Positions 13,501 to 27,414 of a DNA stretch of 64,000 bases are shown here, piece by piece. Under the pieces are notes generated by a model. The model saw only the letters and a program-made list of their open reading frames with translations, made no database searches and was not told the DNA's origin. Source of the DNA: Mobula hypostoma (lineage: Eukaryota). Location: assembly GCF_963921235.1 (NCBI RefSeq), contig NC_086106.1, positions 20,150,001-20,214,000 on the forward strand, in the 5' to 3' direction. Numbering within the stretch: the first letter of the stretch is position 1; every line of letters begins with the position of its first letter. A program made the position numbers and the translations under genes.

Positions 13501-15950
13501 CCGTGGGGTAAGTCAGGCCTTTCTGCTGTTGCCCTGCTTGGGGGGGGGGGGCGGGGGAGGTGGTGCTGGTGGTCATGTCTTGTTTTGTCTTGTCCTCACC
13601 TCCGTGGGGTAAGTCAGGCCATTTTGCCATTGATCTGTCTTGTCTTGTCCTTGCCTCCATTGGGTAATTTAGGCCGTTCAGCTATTGCACTGCGGGGGAC
13701 ATGTCTTGTCTTGTCTTTGCCTCTGTTGGGTAAGTCTGACCGTTCTGCCATTACCCAATGGGAGGACCTATCCCACCTTGGTGTGGAGAGGTTGAGTCCC
13801 GGCTTGTTTAAGTATAAGTCCTGGTTCTATGTCTATATACTGTCCTGTTTCATGTTGGTGTCATGTTAAGGATGAGTCCCGGCTTTTCATAGGACAAGTT
13901 CTGGCTCTATGTTGATGTTCAGTTCCCAGCCGGTCTCTTAGCTCCAGTCTCCGAGTTATCAGCCTCCGCATTTCAAGCCAAAAATCCCGCAGCCAAGAAG
14001 CTCCAAGAACACTAGCCGAGAGGATCCAAAGCCAAGCTCCAAGAACACAAGCCGGAAGTTCCCAGCCTCCAAGCTCACGACCCAAGACCCCAGCCTGCAG
14101 CCAAGCTGAAGACCCAAGACCCCAGCCTCAAGCCTCAAGAGCAAGGACCCTAGCCTGTCTCCAAACTCAGGCTTCTAGACCCCAGCCACGTCCTGTCCTG
14201 AAGCCATGTCATGTTCTTGCCTGGTTCTGGGGTCCGAGCCCGAGACAAGACCCAGTTTCTGGGTCCTTGTCCAGTCTCGGGCTCGGAGTCGAAGTCTTGT
14301 TTCCGAGTCCATTGTTTCTAGTCCTGGTCCCGCTTTCCCTAGCGCAACTCTGCGTTCTTGTTCCTGCTCCTGGTCTGAATCCTGTCACGTCCCTACTCTA
14401 GTCAAGTCCTTTTCCTTGTACTTCAGTGTCTGTGTCTTGCATTTGGGCCAGTTCCCAACGCCCCCGTTGTGACAGATATATGTTATTTTATGTTTAAACA
14501 TATGTCTGATGACTCTCTTGAGATAATATTAAAATTTCTGAATCATATTTGGAATTTTGGCCACCTTCTCTCCTCATGGAAAATGGCAGTAGTAGTGTCT
14601 TTTCTAAGACCTGGAAAAATCCTGTCGGATCCTAGTTATTGTGCAATATCATCAATGTCCATTTGTGTAAACTTATGGCACATAAATTAATAGAGCGTTT
14701 GAGTTATATTTTGGAAAGAAAGAGGTGATATAATGTTTTATCAGAATGGATTTTGGAAGGGTAGAATAACATTAGATTCAGATTTATGTCTGGAAGATGA
14801 TACTAGGAAAGCTCTGGTAAATAAAGAAGTTGCAATTGCAGTATTTTTGATATTGAAAAAGCATATGATATGTTATGGAAGGCAGGTCTTCTGATTAAAT
14901 TATGAAACTAGGAGTGAGAAGAAGAATGTATAACCCTTTTCTGAGTTTTTAATTTGGATGGTCTATACAGGTAAGGGCGGGGGGAAGGTATATTTGGGCT
15001 TCTATGAGATGGAGAATAGGACCTCACAAGGCAGTATTTGTAGCCCTTTATTGTTTAATATTATGATTAATGATATTTTCCTTGAGATAGGTACTGGGGT
15101 AGGTAGCTGATTTTAGGTCATATGATTTAATGACATCTAAGGGTTTGGAAATGCCTGAGAGTCTGGCAATATTGGTTCATCAATATTGAAGAAAATGATT
15201 ATGATGCATTAGTCATTTTTGTTGATGGATCAAAAGATAATTTAACTCGGAATATTGGAGTGACTGTCTTTGTGCATGAATTCCAGCTAACAATAAAGAA
15301 ACATCTTACAAACTAGTTATCAGTATGTACAGCAGAGTTGGTTACTACCAGTTTGGGCTTACAGTGTTTAGACCCTCCACTTAGCAAATGAGAAGCTACG
15401 TGGTTGGTGAGGTCAAGAATTAGGGCATTATGGCAAGACTTGTGTTATAACGGACATAAGGGGAGACACCTTTACAGAATATGTAAAACTTTTGGGTTGA
15501 TGGGAGAAAGGGCTAAAACAAGAAGGAAAGGAATTATATTGACTCAACCAAGAAATGGGCATACTGTGCTTAATTATTTCTTATATTTAGTTGGAAATAA
15601 TCACTCTGGGGTGTGTAGGTTTTTTCATCATTATGAAACAGTTGAGCACAATCTATTAAAATGTGGAGCATTTAAGGTTGAAAGGAATCAAATGCAGGCT
15701 TCACTATTATCTTTAGAGTTGATATTTTTCATTTAAAAATTTATTACTTTATGAAAGTGACTTTAATTCAATATTGTCTTTCATTATTTGCAATCTATTA
15801 GGGCTTTCTGGGATAATTTAGTTTTCATTTGATAAAGAACTAGTTGAAGTTTTATTTCCCAACTCTTTACACCACACTCCAGTCCAGTTGGTGGCGGTAA
15901 TGCACCATTAAGTTGGACTGCCAACTGCCATGGAAAGTCAGAAGAAGAAG
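10580..15950 (+). mobile_element. Nimb/I-clade LINE (endonuclease, RT, RNase H) split by an LTR element
   Basis: WCGDFNVHS..CLNDG..IDLT..SDHFPI endonuclease; GKDD|ICYFMFKHM restored across the insertion; FVDGSK RNase H near 15220; (GAA)n tail near 15945. Confidence 0.75.
11637..14474 (+). mobile_element. LTR element: long LTR (11637-13301), ~80-bp internal remnant, 5'-truncated second LTR (~13382-14474)
   Basis: TGTCA...TGACA termini; 5-bp TSD GATAT (11632-11636 / 14475-14479); internal TGTGACA followed by ATGGACCCAGCG (MDPA gag-like start); ~40-bp and ~65-bp internal tandem arrays. Confidence 0.8.
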
Positions 15951-16044
15951 ACAATAAAGGTTATCTGTCAGTAAATACAGATTCTCTCCATGCCTCTCTG
16001 ATCATGATCACTCAGGGGTAGATCCCTATAAGATACTGCCTGAC

Positions 16045-16148
16045 CCTTCATAGTATTTCCAACCTCTTTTGGTTTTGTTTCAGCTCTGCGGCATCTGCGA
16101 TAACTTTTATAATTAATAGGAAGTCTTATTGAAATGTACAAAATTCTC
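16045..16148 (-). pseudogene. Decayed paralog of the 227-354 exon
   Basis: Aligns to 227-354 together with the adjacent intron (about 360-530 vs 16150-16400). AG/GT retained, but a deletion, a frameshift and stops are present. Confidence 0.5.
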
Positions 16149-16409
16149 CTTGGATGGATACAGGAAGAATAATTTCCTCCAGCTCCAGCTGAGGAATCCC
16201 AGTCCTGGGTTAAAGGTTCAGCCATGGTGTGCAAGAGGACAGGACGGAAATCCTTCCCTTAGAGAGGGTGAATGTTTGGAATTCTCCCAAAGCTCAACCC
16301 TGTGGAGTTATTGAGTTCATTTAGGACAGGAACTGAGAGAAGTTCTGGATATTCTGGGAATGAGGGGATAATAACAGAAAGAGGAGCAGGTCATTTAGAG
16401 CCTCGTGTC

Positions 16410-18155
16410 TGTAATACAGGGACAAGATCCAGACACAGCTCTCCACCAACAACACACGCAGCTTATGACAAGCACTGTACACCATTGCAGACTTCAAAGC
16501 TAAATGCAGTGGTTTCCAACATTAATACCTCTCTCCCAGATGAGATAAATCATTTTTACACCAATTTGATGTCGCCAACGCTGAGCCCCGGAGGAGACCT
16601 GCAGATGATGCGACGGCAGCTTGGTCATCTCTGAGACTGAAGTACATAGGGTGGACAGTCGCAAGGCTGCGGGACTGGACAGCATTCCAAGGTGGGTACT
16701 CACGATGTGCACAGCACAACTGGCAGGTGTGTTTACAGACATTTTTAATCTCTCCCTCTCCCAGTGTAATGTGCCCTCCTGCTTCAAAACAGTCACCACT
16801 GTTCCTGTAGCTAAAAAGACCAAACTAACATGTCTGAATGACTGGAGTCCTGTCGCACTCACCTCAATAATAAGCAAATGCTTTGAGAGGCTGGTCAAGG
16901 ACTATATCTGCAACATGCTGCCACCCACACTGGACCCTCTACAAATCGCCTGCTGACAAAACCGACAGACAGATGATGCAATAGCCACAGCTCTACGCAC
17001 TGCCCTTACACATCTGGAGAAGAAGGATGCTTATGTGAGACTGCTGTTCTTGGACTACAGTTCAGCATTCAACACCATAATTCACTCCAGGCTTGAAAAG
17101 AAGCTCAGAGACATCGACCTTCACCCTGCCTTGTCTAGGTGGGTCCTGGACTTCTTTTCAGATCGCTGGCAGGAGGTAAGAGTGGGCTTCCTCATCTCTG
17201 AACCTCTGATCCTCAACACAGGTGCCCCTCAGGTCTGTGTCCTAAGACCCCTCCTTTACTCTCTTTATAGCCATGACTGTGTCGCCACCCATAGCCCCAA
17301 TCTGCTAAATAAATTTGCTGATGATACGACACTGATTGGCCTAATCCCAAATAATAATGAGGCAGCCTACAGACAAGAAGTCATCATCTTGACACAGTGG
17401 TGTCGAGAAAACAACCTCTCCCTCAATGCAGCAAAAACAAAGGAGCTGGTCGTGGACTGCAGGAGGAATGGAGACAGGCTAACCCCTATTGACATCAATT
17501 GATCTAGTGTTGAGACAGTAAGCAGCTTCAAATTCCTCGGCATAGACATCACTAAGGATCTCACGTAGTTTGTACATACCGGCTGTGTGGTGAAAAAGGC
17601 ACAGAAGCACCTCTTTCACGTCAGATGGTTGAAACAGTTTGGTATGTGCCCCCAAATCCTAAGAATTTTCTACAGGGGTACAATTGAGAGCATCCTGACT
17701 GACTGCATCACTGCCTGATATGGAAACTGTACTTCCCTGAATCGCGGGACTCTGCAGAGTGTGGTGCAGACAGCCCAGAGCATCTGTAGATGTGAACTTC
17801 CCACTATTCAGGACATATACAAAGACAGGTGTGCAAAAAGGGCCTGAAGGATCATTGGGGACCCGAGTCACCCCAACCACAAACTGTTCTAGCTGCTACC
17901 ATCCGGGAAATAGTCCCACAGCATAAAAGCCAGGACTAAAAGGCTTCAGGACAGCTTCTTCCACCAGGCCATCAGATTAATTAATTGATGCTGATACAAT
18001 TGTATTTTATGTTATATTGACTGTCCTGTTGTACATACTATTTATTATAAATTACTATAAATTGCACATTGCACAATTAGACGGAAACGTAATGTAAAGA
18101 TTTTTATGTGCCATGTATATGAAGGATGTGAGTAATAAAGTCAAGTCAAGTCAAT
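16410..18155 (+). mobile_element. Rex1/Babar-like LINE 3' portion
   Basis: RKAAGLDSIP..CLNDWSPVALTSIISKCFERLV; LLFLDYSSAFNTI..KFADDTT; (AAGTC)n tail. Confidence 0.85.
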
Positions 18156-19559
18156 TCATTCAGGTAGATCCTGACTGATCCCCTAGCTCAGACTCATAGC
18201 GTTCTGTGTTTGATATTTCAGTATTTGTGTAATGTTGTAAATATATAGTTTGAGTAAGCATTTTTCTTTAAGTAATTCATTACGGTTATATGTATAAATA
18301 TGACAATTACATAGGTCATCACTCTACCACATGATAATGGCACCCCTCACTTAAAGTAAATACCAAATTAGACTCACATTTCAGACTCCCATGTCCTCCT
18401 TTGAATTAATGCGATGTTTTAAACTTACAAAACATAACACATGGTGACAGTACAGCATAGCCAGCAGTGTCTGTGCTGATATCATGTCAGTCTAACTAAT
18501 TCCACCTCCCTACATATAACCTGCATCCCTCCGTTCCTGCCTGCTCAGGCATCTAACAGCCTCTTAAACACTACCATTCCATCTGCTTCCACCACCACCA
18601 CCACTGTCAGCTTGTTCCAGGCACCCACAATTTCGTGTGAGACAAGAACTTGCCCTGCAAATCTCCCTTAAACTCTTCCTCTCACCTCAATCCTCTTCCT
18701 TCTTGCATTAGACATTTCTATTCTGAGATAATGACTCTGACCATCCACTGCAAACTTATCAACCTGTAAGGTCTTTCCTCAGTCTCTGCTGCATCTGAGA
18801 GAACAATCAAGTTTTGACCAAATTCTTTTTGCAGCTTATGTCCTCTAATTCTGGCAGCATCCTGATGACATTTTGGCACCCTCTCCAAAGCCTCCACATC
18901 CTTCCTGTAATGGGGCAAACAGCACTGCACACCACACTCAGAAACTTCTGGCTGCAGTCAGCTGTCTGCACTCCGTCTGTGCTACCTAACTCCTTAATCT
19001 CTGCATGGAAAGCTGTTCAGGGTGAAGTACCTTACACTTCCCTGGAATGCAGGAAAATAAGGAGAGGGGAGATCTCATGGAGGTGTGTGAAATTATGGGA
19101 GTTATAGGTAAGATGAATGCATGCCGGCTTTCCCCCCTCAGGTTGGGTGAGATTAGAGCTAGAGGTCATAGGTTATGGCGATATATTAAAGGAAAATCTG
19201 CTGGGGAACTTCACATTGTAAGTGGTGTAAGTGTAGAATCAGCTCCCAGTGGAAGTGGTGGATATGGGTTTAATTGCAGATATGGGTTTAATTGCAACAT
19301 TTAAGAGAAGTTTGGAGATGTACATGGATGAGAAGGGTAGAGAGGGCTATGGTCCAGGCGTCGGTAGATGGGACTAGGTAGAAGATTGTCAGCATGGACT
19401 AGATGGGCTGAAGGACTTGTTTCTGTGCTGTAGTACTCTATAACTCTGACTCCACATTTGTAAAGTTCCACTGACCGTTACCTAGACCTGAGTTTCTCCA
19501 GTATTCTGAGTATGTTTCAGGAGGACCAGGAATCCATCACAGAAACTCCAAGTATGGGA

Positions 19560-20080
19560 TGGACTGCAGATTTGGTGCAGAATCACTAGCAGGCAGCACT
19601 GCACTGTTAGTCAACAGCACAGAGACAGAAGGAAATGTGAGGTAGAGTGCAGATTTGGTACAGACTCACTAGGTGGGACTACTAGACTAGTCACCCTACA
19701 TAGAGCTCCACAGAAAATGTGGAGTAGCTGGTCTGGTGCAGACTCACTAGGAGGCACTGCAAGACTGCAGATTCACTACAAAGCTGGTAGGAAGTGTTGG
19801 GTTTATGGTCTGGTGCAGACTCACTAGGAGGTGCTGCAAAACCACAGATCCACCACAGAGGCAATGGGAAGTGTGGGGTCATTCATCCGCTGCAGACTCA
19901 TTAGGAGGCACTGCAAGACCATTTATCTGCGAGACCGGGGAAGTGTGGGTTATTTAGTCTGGCACAGATTCATTAGGAGGCACTGCAAGACCACGGATCC
20001 ACGACTGATACAGTGGGAAGTGTGGAGTAGACAGTTGATATGGAGCAGACTCTCTCGGAGGTTGTGCTGGACCGCAGAGT
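19560..20080. repeat. Degenerate ~78-bp tandem repeat, ~7 copies
   Basis: Core GCAGACTCACTAGGAGGCACTGCAAGAC recurs at ~19581, 19663, 19741, 19818, 19895, 19967 and 20048. Confidence 0.75.
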
Positions 20081-20469
20081 GGAGGCTGTCTGTGGCCAAA
20101 CCTCCATCACTTTCCTGTCTTCCTGACCCATGTCCCAAAGGGACTTTGCACTTTGACCGGTACTGAGAGTGACCAGGGAGATGGCAGGTGAGAGCTGGGG
20201 GAGTCACACTGACCTTCAGGGGGATTACAGGCAACATGGGCAGTTAGCATTTTTGCTTTCACTCACATTTTGATTTAGACTAGAGTAAGTCTTCCTGCAG
20301 GCAGGCAGGAATGGAGGAAAGATCACACTGCGATTCTATAAAATCTGAACACTGCAGGCTTTCTTCAATGTCTGTGGGAAGGTTTAATCTTGTGCCTTGG
20401 GGAGTAGATGGTGGGGATTATCAACCTAGGTGACAGAAATTTGTGTAGGGAAACACATTACACCTAGGG

Positions 20470-22660
20470 ATCATAATGCCACTGGTTTAAAGGTAAATAT
20501 GGAGAAAGATAGATCTCGTCCATGGGTTGAGATTCTAAATTGGAGAAAGGCCAATTCTGATGGTATCAGAAAGGATCTGGCAAGAGTGGTTTAGGACAAG
20601 CTGTTTTATGGCAAAGGCATATTTGATAAGTGGGAGGCCTTCAAAAGTGAAATTTTGAGAGTACAAAGCTTGTATGTGCCTGTCAGAATAAGAGGTAAAG
20701 ATAACAAGTGTAGGGAACCTTGGAATTCAAGAAACATTGAGACCCTAGTTAAGAAAGAAAAGGGAGGTGCATAGCAGGCAGAGGCAGATAGGAACAACTG
20801 AAGTGAATGCAAGGGAACAGTTAAGAAAGAAATCAGAAGGGCGAAGTGAAGGCATGAAGTTGCACTATCAGACAAGATGAAGGAGGATCATAAGGGATTC
20901 TACAGATATACTCAGAGCAAAGGGATTGCAAGGGACAAAATTGGTCCTTTGCAAGATCAGAATGATAATCCATGCATGGAGCTGAAACAGGGAGAACTTA
21001 AATGCATTTCTTTGCATCTGTACTTACTCAAGAGATGGGCACAGAGACCAGAGAAGTAAGGCAAAGAGGCATTGACTTCATGGACCCTATACAGATTATA
21101 GAGGAGAAGGTGTTTGCAGTCTTGAGGCAAATTAGGGTTGATAAATTCCCAGGGTCTGGCAAGGGATTCCCTTGGATGCTGTGGGAGGCAAGTGTAGAAA
21201 ATGCAGGGACCCTAGCAGAAATACTTAAACCATTTGTATCTTCAGGTGAGGTGTCGGAGGATTGGAGGATAGCTAATTTTTTTTTCTTTGTTTAAGAAAG
21301 GCTCTAAAAATTAAACGAGGAAATTATTAGCCAGTGAGCTTGACATCAGTAGTGGGAACACTGAAGGTATTCTACGAGACTGGATATATAAGTATTTGGA
21401 TAGACATGGACTGATTCGAGATAGTCAGCATGGCTTGGTGTGTGGTAGGTTGTGCTTACCTAATCTTATAGAGTTTTTTGAGAAAGTTACTAGGAAAGTT
21501 GATGAAGGAAAGGCAGTGAATGTTATTTACAAGGCCTTACACAAGGACTCGATGGGAGGTTCATTCGCATGGTATTCAAGACAAGGTAGTAAATTAGATT
21601 AGTCATTGGCTTTGTGGGAGAAGCTAGAAAGTGGTATTAGATGGTTGCCTCTCTGACTGGAGACCTGTGATTAGTGGATTGCCACAGAGATTGGTGCTGG
21701 GCCCATTGTTGTTTGTCATCTGTATGAATGATCTGGATGAAAATTTGGTTAACTGGATCAGCAAATTACGCAGATGATATTAAGTTTGGGGGTGTAGTGG
21801 ACAGCGAGAAAGACTACCAGAACTTGCAGCAGGATCTGGACCAGCTGGAAAATGGACTGAAAAATAGCAGATGTATTTAATGCAGATAAATGTGAGGTGT
21901 TGCACATCTGTACAACCATCTGGGGTAGGTCTTACATGATGAATGGTAAAGCACTGAGGATTGCTGTAGAACAAAGGTATCTGGGAATATGGGTCCATGA
22001 TTCATTGAGAGTGGTGTTACAGGGAGATCGGTTTGTAAAGAAAACCTTTGGTACTTTGGCCTTCATAGATTAAAGTCCTGAGTAGAGGAGATGGATGTTA
22101 TTTTGTAGTTGTATAAGACATCAGTGAGGCATATATTGGACTATTATTTGCAGTTTTTGTCATCTGCCTACAGGAAAGATGTAAATAAGGGTGAAAGAGT
22201 GCAGAGAAAATTTACAAGGGTATTGCCAGGACTGGAAGACCTGGGTTATAAGGAAAGATTGAATAGGTTAGTACTTTATTCCTTGGAACACAGGAAATTG
22301 AAGGGAGATTTGATAGAGGTATATAAAGTTATGAGGAGTATAGATAGGGTAAATGGAAACAGACTTTTCCCTCTAAGATTGGGTTCTGACTGCAACCAGA
22401 GGTTATGGTTTAATGGTGAAAGGTGAAAAGTTTAAAGGGAACATGAGAGGAAGCTTTTTCACTTAGAGAGTCATGAGAGTGTCGAGTGAGCTGTCGGCCC
22501 AAGTGGTGTATGCCAGTTCAATTTCAAATGTTCAGAGAAGTTTGGAGAGGTACATGGATGGTAGGTGTATGGATGTCTTTGGTCTCGGTACAGATCAATG
22601 GGAGTATGCAGTTTAAATGTTTCTGCATTGACTAGATGGGCCGAAAGGGCCTGTTTCTGT
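20470..22660 (+). mobile_element. CR1-type LINE fragment
   Basis: Frameshifted RT: LRQIRVDKFPG, DSQHGLVCGRLCLPNLIEFF, KDVNKGERVQRKFTRVLPGL. Confidence 0.85.
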
Positions 22661-22809
22661 GACTGGATAAAACGTGAACTGTGCACCCCATCCACAGATG
22701 CTGCCTGTCTTGTTGGGTATTTCCATGATTGTTTCTGGCATCTGAAGAGGCCAGTTGGCCCATTGTGCTAATTCCTGCTCACAGAGCAATTGCTCCTGTA
22801 ACCTACCCA

Positions 22810-25320
22810 CAGACATAGAACATAGAACAGTAGCTCATAACATTGTGCCAAGCCATTTAAATTAGCAATTGAATGGCCACCTCAACTAATTTAATTCTGC
22901 CTCACAATGTCCATATCCTTCCATTTTCTTCATATTCATATACTCATCTGAACATCTCTTAAAAGTCTCTAATGTATCTGTCTGTACCATTACCCCAGGC
23001 AGCACATACCAGGCAACCACCACTCTCAGTGTGTAAAAAAACAATCCCCTCACATCTCCTTTGAAATTATCTCCTCTCACCTTAAATGTTTGCCTGCCAG
23101 TATTAGATATTTCAATCCTGGGAAAAAGATACTAACCTCTATTCTATCTATGCCACTCATAATCTTGTAAACCTCTGTCAGATCTATCAGCCTCCACCAC
23201 TCCAGAGAAAACAACCAATGCTTGTCCAACCTTTTGCTAGGTCATGCCTTGGCGCATCCTGCTTAAACCCCTTCTGCACTCTGCTCAAAGACACAACGTC
23301 CTCCCTATGATGGAGTGACCAGAACTGAACGCAGTACTCTAGATACAGCTAACTAGAGTTTTGCAAAGCTGCAACATAACTTCCTGACTTTTGAACTCAA
23401 TGCTTTGACTAATAAAGGCAAGCATGCCATATGTCTACTTAACCATCCTATCTATCTACGTAGCCACTTTTAAGTAGCTAGGAACTTGAAGTCCAAGATC
23501 CCTCTCCACATCAATATTGTTAGGGGTCTTGCTCTGAACAGTGTACTGTCTCTTTACATTTGTCCTACCAGGGTGCAACACTTAACGTTTGGGTGGGTTA
23601 AACTCTATCTCCCATTTCTCTGCCCATATCTGCAACTGAATTCTTTGCCAGTCACCTATGTTATCCAGAACATCACTAATCTTCTTATCACCTTCAAACT
23701 TACTAACTCACCCATCTACATTTTTATACAGGTCATTTATATATGTCACAAACAGCAGAGGTACAGATCTAGCACAGATCCCTGCAGAATACCATTCATC
23801 ACATACCTCCAGCTAGAATTATTCTCTTTGACTATTACCCACTTTTTTAATGCGCAAGTTGGTTCTGAATTCAAATGACCAACTGATCATGAATCCTATG
23901 TTTTTAAATAAACTGGATGTGCCTCCAATGAGTGATCTTGTAGACAATATCCACAGTTCTATCTTCACCATGCACCCTTGTCACCTCATCAAAAAACTCA
24001 ATCAAGTTAGTAAGACCCAACTTACACAACACAAAACCACCTGGCTTTCCCTAACTCGGCCATAGTTTTCCAAATGTTCATAAATCCTCTCCCTAAGAAT
24101 TCCCTCCAGTCATATCCCTGCCACAGACATGAGATTCACTGGTCTATACTTTCCAGGAATATTCCTGTTCCCCCTCCTGAATAAAGGAACAACATTAGCT
24201 ACTCACCATTCCTCTGGGACCTCACCTGTGGCTAGAGAGGACACAGAGATATTGTTCAAGGCCCTTGCCTCTCTCAATAACCTAGGGTATGTCCCACCGG
24301 GCAGTGGGGACTTATCCACCTTAATGCTTTTTAAGAGACCCAACACTACCTCCGCTTTTACACTGAAATAGCCTGGCATATCAATATGCTCAGGACAGAT
24401 ATCGCCATACTCCAAGTACTTGCCCTTTGTAAATACTGATGTAAAGCACTCATTAAGAAGCTTCCAAAAATACTCTACATCCAAGTAAATGTTCTCCCCT
24501 TTATCCTTGTCATTGTCCTACCCTGTCTCTAGTATCCCCTTCCTCTTGATGTATGCACTGAATGACTTGGGATTCTCCTTAATCCTACTTGCCAAAGGAC
24601 TTTTCATGGCCCCTCCTGGCTTTCCTAATTCCCTTCCTGAATTTTTTTCTGACTTTCTTATACTCCTCAAAGGTTCTGTTTGATTTCTTCACCACTGAAG
24701 TCATCACCTCTCTCGACAACCGAGGTTCTCTTACCTTGCCATCATTGACCTTCCTTCTGACTGCAATGCACTTGTCCTGTGTGCAGTTGGTTTTTGAACA
24801 CCCTCCACATGTCAGATGTTTACTTACCCAAGAACAGTTGTTCCCAATTAACTCTCCCTAGTCCTTGCTTAATGCTCTCAAAATGTGCACTGTTCCAATT
24901 TAATACTCCCACAAGGTCCACCCTTATCATTATTTATATCTATCTTAAAACTTAAGGAGTTCTGGTTACTGCTCCTTAACTGCTCAACCACCTCAGTCTC
25001 CTGTCCAGGATCATAACCTAACACCAGGTCCAGTACAGAGCCTCATGTTGTTGAACTAACAACATATTGATTTTAAGAAACTCACCTCAATGCATCTAAC
25101 AGATTTTGTGCTATCTAAACCCTTTGTACTAAGAAGATCTCAGTTTATACCAGGTAAGTTGAAGTTCCCCCATGGCAATACCCCTATTGCTTTTGCTCAT
25201 TTCCTTAAGGTGCTTGCATAGCTGTTCTTCAGTGTCCCAGTATCTGTTGGGGTGGGGGAGGCAAACTCTGTAGTACAATCCCATTAGAGTGATCACACCT
25301 TTCCTTTTTTTTGAGTACCT
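22810..25320 (-). mobile_element. CR1-type LINE fragment
   Basis: LNECFTSVFTK..IKVDKSP..LATGEVPEEW, plus CR1 tail. Confidence 0.8.
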
Positions 25321-27414
25321 TGGGAGCTATGATAGCTTAGCAGTTACCATGATGCTATCACAGCTTGGGATGTTGGAGTTCAGAGTTCAATTCCAGCACC
25401 ATCTATAGAGTCTCTCTATGTCCACTCCAGGGAGCATGTGGGTTTTCCAAGGGCGCTTCATTTTCCTCTCCCAGTCCAACGACCTACCGTTAATTGTTCA
25501 TTGCAAAGTATCCTGTGATTAGGTTATGGTTAAATCAGGGCTATTGTGGGTTCCTGGGGTAGGGCAGTTTAAAGAGCTGGAAGGGCCTATTCCACACTGT
25601 ATCACAAAATACATGATAAACAAAATACTGACTTAGTGAATGAGCTCTCCATTATGTCCCCTCTGAGTGCATCTGTTGTATTGTTCCCTGGTTAGTAGTG
25701 CAACTCTGCATCCCTTCTTTTACTTCCCTCTCTGTCTTCTCTAAAACTTCAAACCCTGGGATATTAAACATCCATTCCTATCCCTCTCTCAAACAAGTCT
25801 CTGTAATGTTCTCAGCATCATAGTCCATGTTCCATGATCCATGCTCTAAGTTCATCACCCCTACCCATAATACTCCTGGTATTAAAATTCACACACTTCA
25901 AACTATCCATCCCATCATATCTATTACTTTGCTTCTGCCTGTTACTTAGGTCCTGACATCTACAGTTGATACACTCCCTGGTACCCTCTGTAGATACTGA
26001 CACACTTCGTAAGAACTGATGTTAATACTAACACATTCCGTGTTAGCCCATGTAAATATAGACACACTGCTGGTCACCCTTGGTAAACAGTGACACTCTC
26101 TATACAGTCTGCACATCAAGGCCAGTTCAACAATCTAACTCCCACTAAAACTAGTCCCTTTGGCGTGTTTCCAGGATCCCACCAGTTCTTATAGATTCTA
26201 ACCTTCACACACACCCGAAGCTCAGCTCATGGGTTGTGGGAAGAAACAGGAGTACCTGGTGGAAGCCCAGCAGGTCATAGAGAGAATGTGTAAACTCCAC
26301 ACTGATATTGCTGAAGATTGGGATCAAATCTGGACTTCTGGAGCATTGAAGTCGTGTCCTGTCACTGAATTAATGTTTGAGGATCAAACTGATTATATCC
26401 CTTAGGTCACAGCTTATTGGGGGCCCTGGGAGTGTGTCAGTAGATACAGGAGGTTCTGGAGAGGGTGTCAATGTTTATAGCGCACACTGGGGTGTGTGTC
26501 TGTATTTTATGTATGTCAGTGTGGCTATCAGGAAGACAGATGACAGGGCAAAATTGCAGCCAGTGGGATGAGTTGCAGTGTAACATGGGGACAAAATTGA
26601 AAAGGATGACAAATACAGAACAAAAGGTGATTTATTTGTATGCACACAGTATATGGAATTAGGTAGATGATCTTGCAGCACATTTAGAGATTGGTACAGT
26701 AGGTATGATGTTGTGGGCATCACTGAGTCGTGGCTGAAAGAAGATCATAGCAGGGAGCTTAAAATCCAAGGATACGCATTGTTTTGAAAGGACAGATAGG
26801 TAGGCAGAAGGGGAGGGGTGGTTTATTTGGTAAAAAGATGAAATCAAATCCTTAGAAAGAGGTGACATGCAGAATCCTTGTGGGCTGAGGTAAGAAAATG
26901 CAGGTGTAAAAAGATCCTGATGCAGGCCAGAATGTGGGCTACAAATTATAACTGGAGGTGGAAAATACATGCCAAAAAGGCAATTCTATCATTGTTGTGA
27001 CGGATTTCAATATGCAGGTAGATTGAGAAAATCAGATTGTTACTGGATCCGAAGAGAGAGAATTTGCAGAACGCCTATGAGATGGCTTTTTAGAGCAGCT
27101 TGTGGTTGAGCCCATTTGGGGGAAGATTATTCTGGATTGGGTTTTGCATAATGAACTGGATTTGATTAGGCAGCTGAAGGTAAAGGAACCCTTTGGAGGC
27201 AGTGATCATAATTTGACAGACTTCACCCTGCAATTTGAGAGGGAGAAGCTAAAGTCAGATATAACAATATTACAGCGGAGTAAAGGGAATTGCAGGGGCA
27301 TGAGAGAGGAGCTGGCCAAAGCTGATTGGAAGGGGACACTAGTCGGGATAATGGCAGATGAGCAATGGTTGGCATTTCTGGGAGTAATTTGGAAAATACA
27401 GGATAGATACGTCC

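Noticed and set aside
12437-14144. Long Pro/Ser/Lys-rich and Leu/Gly-rich ORFs
   Set aside because: Translations of LTR-internal tandem arrays, open in several frames on both strands.
11980-14474. CRISPR-like repeat arrays
   Set aside because: Vertebrate DNA; the units are degenerate tandem repeats without unique spacers or cas genes.
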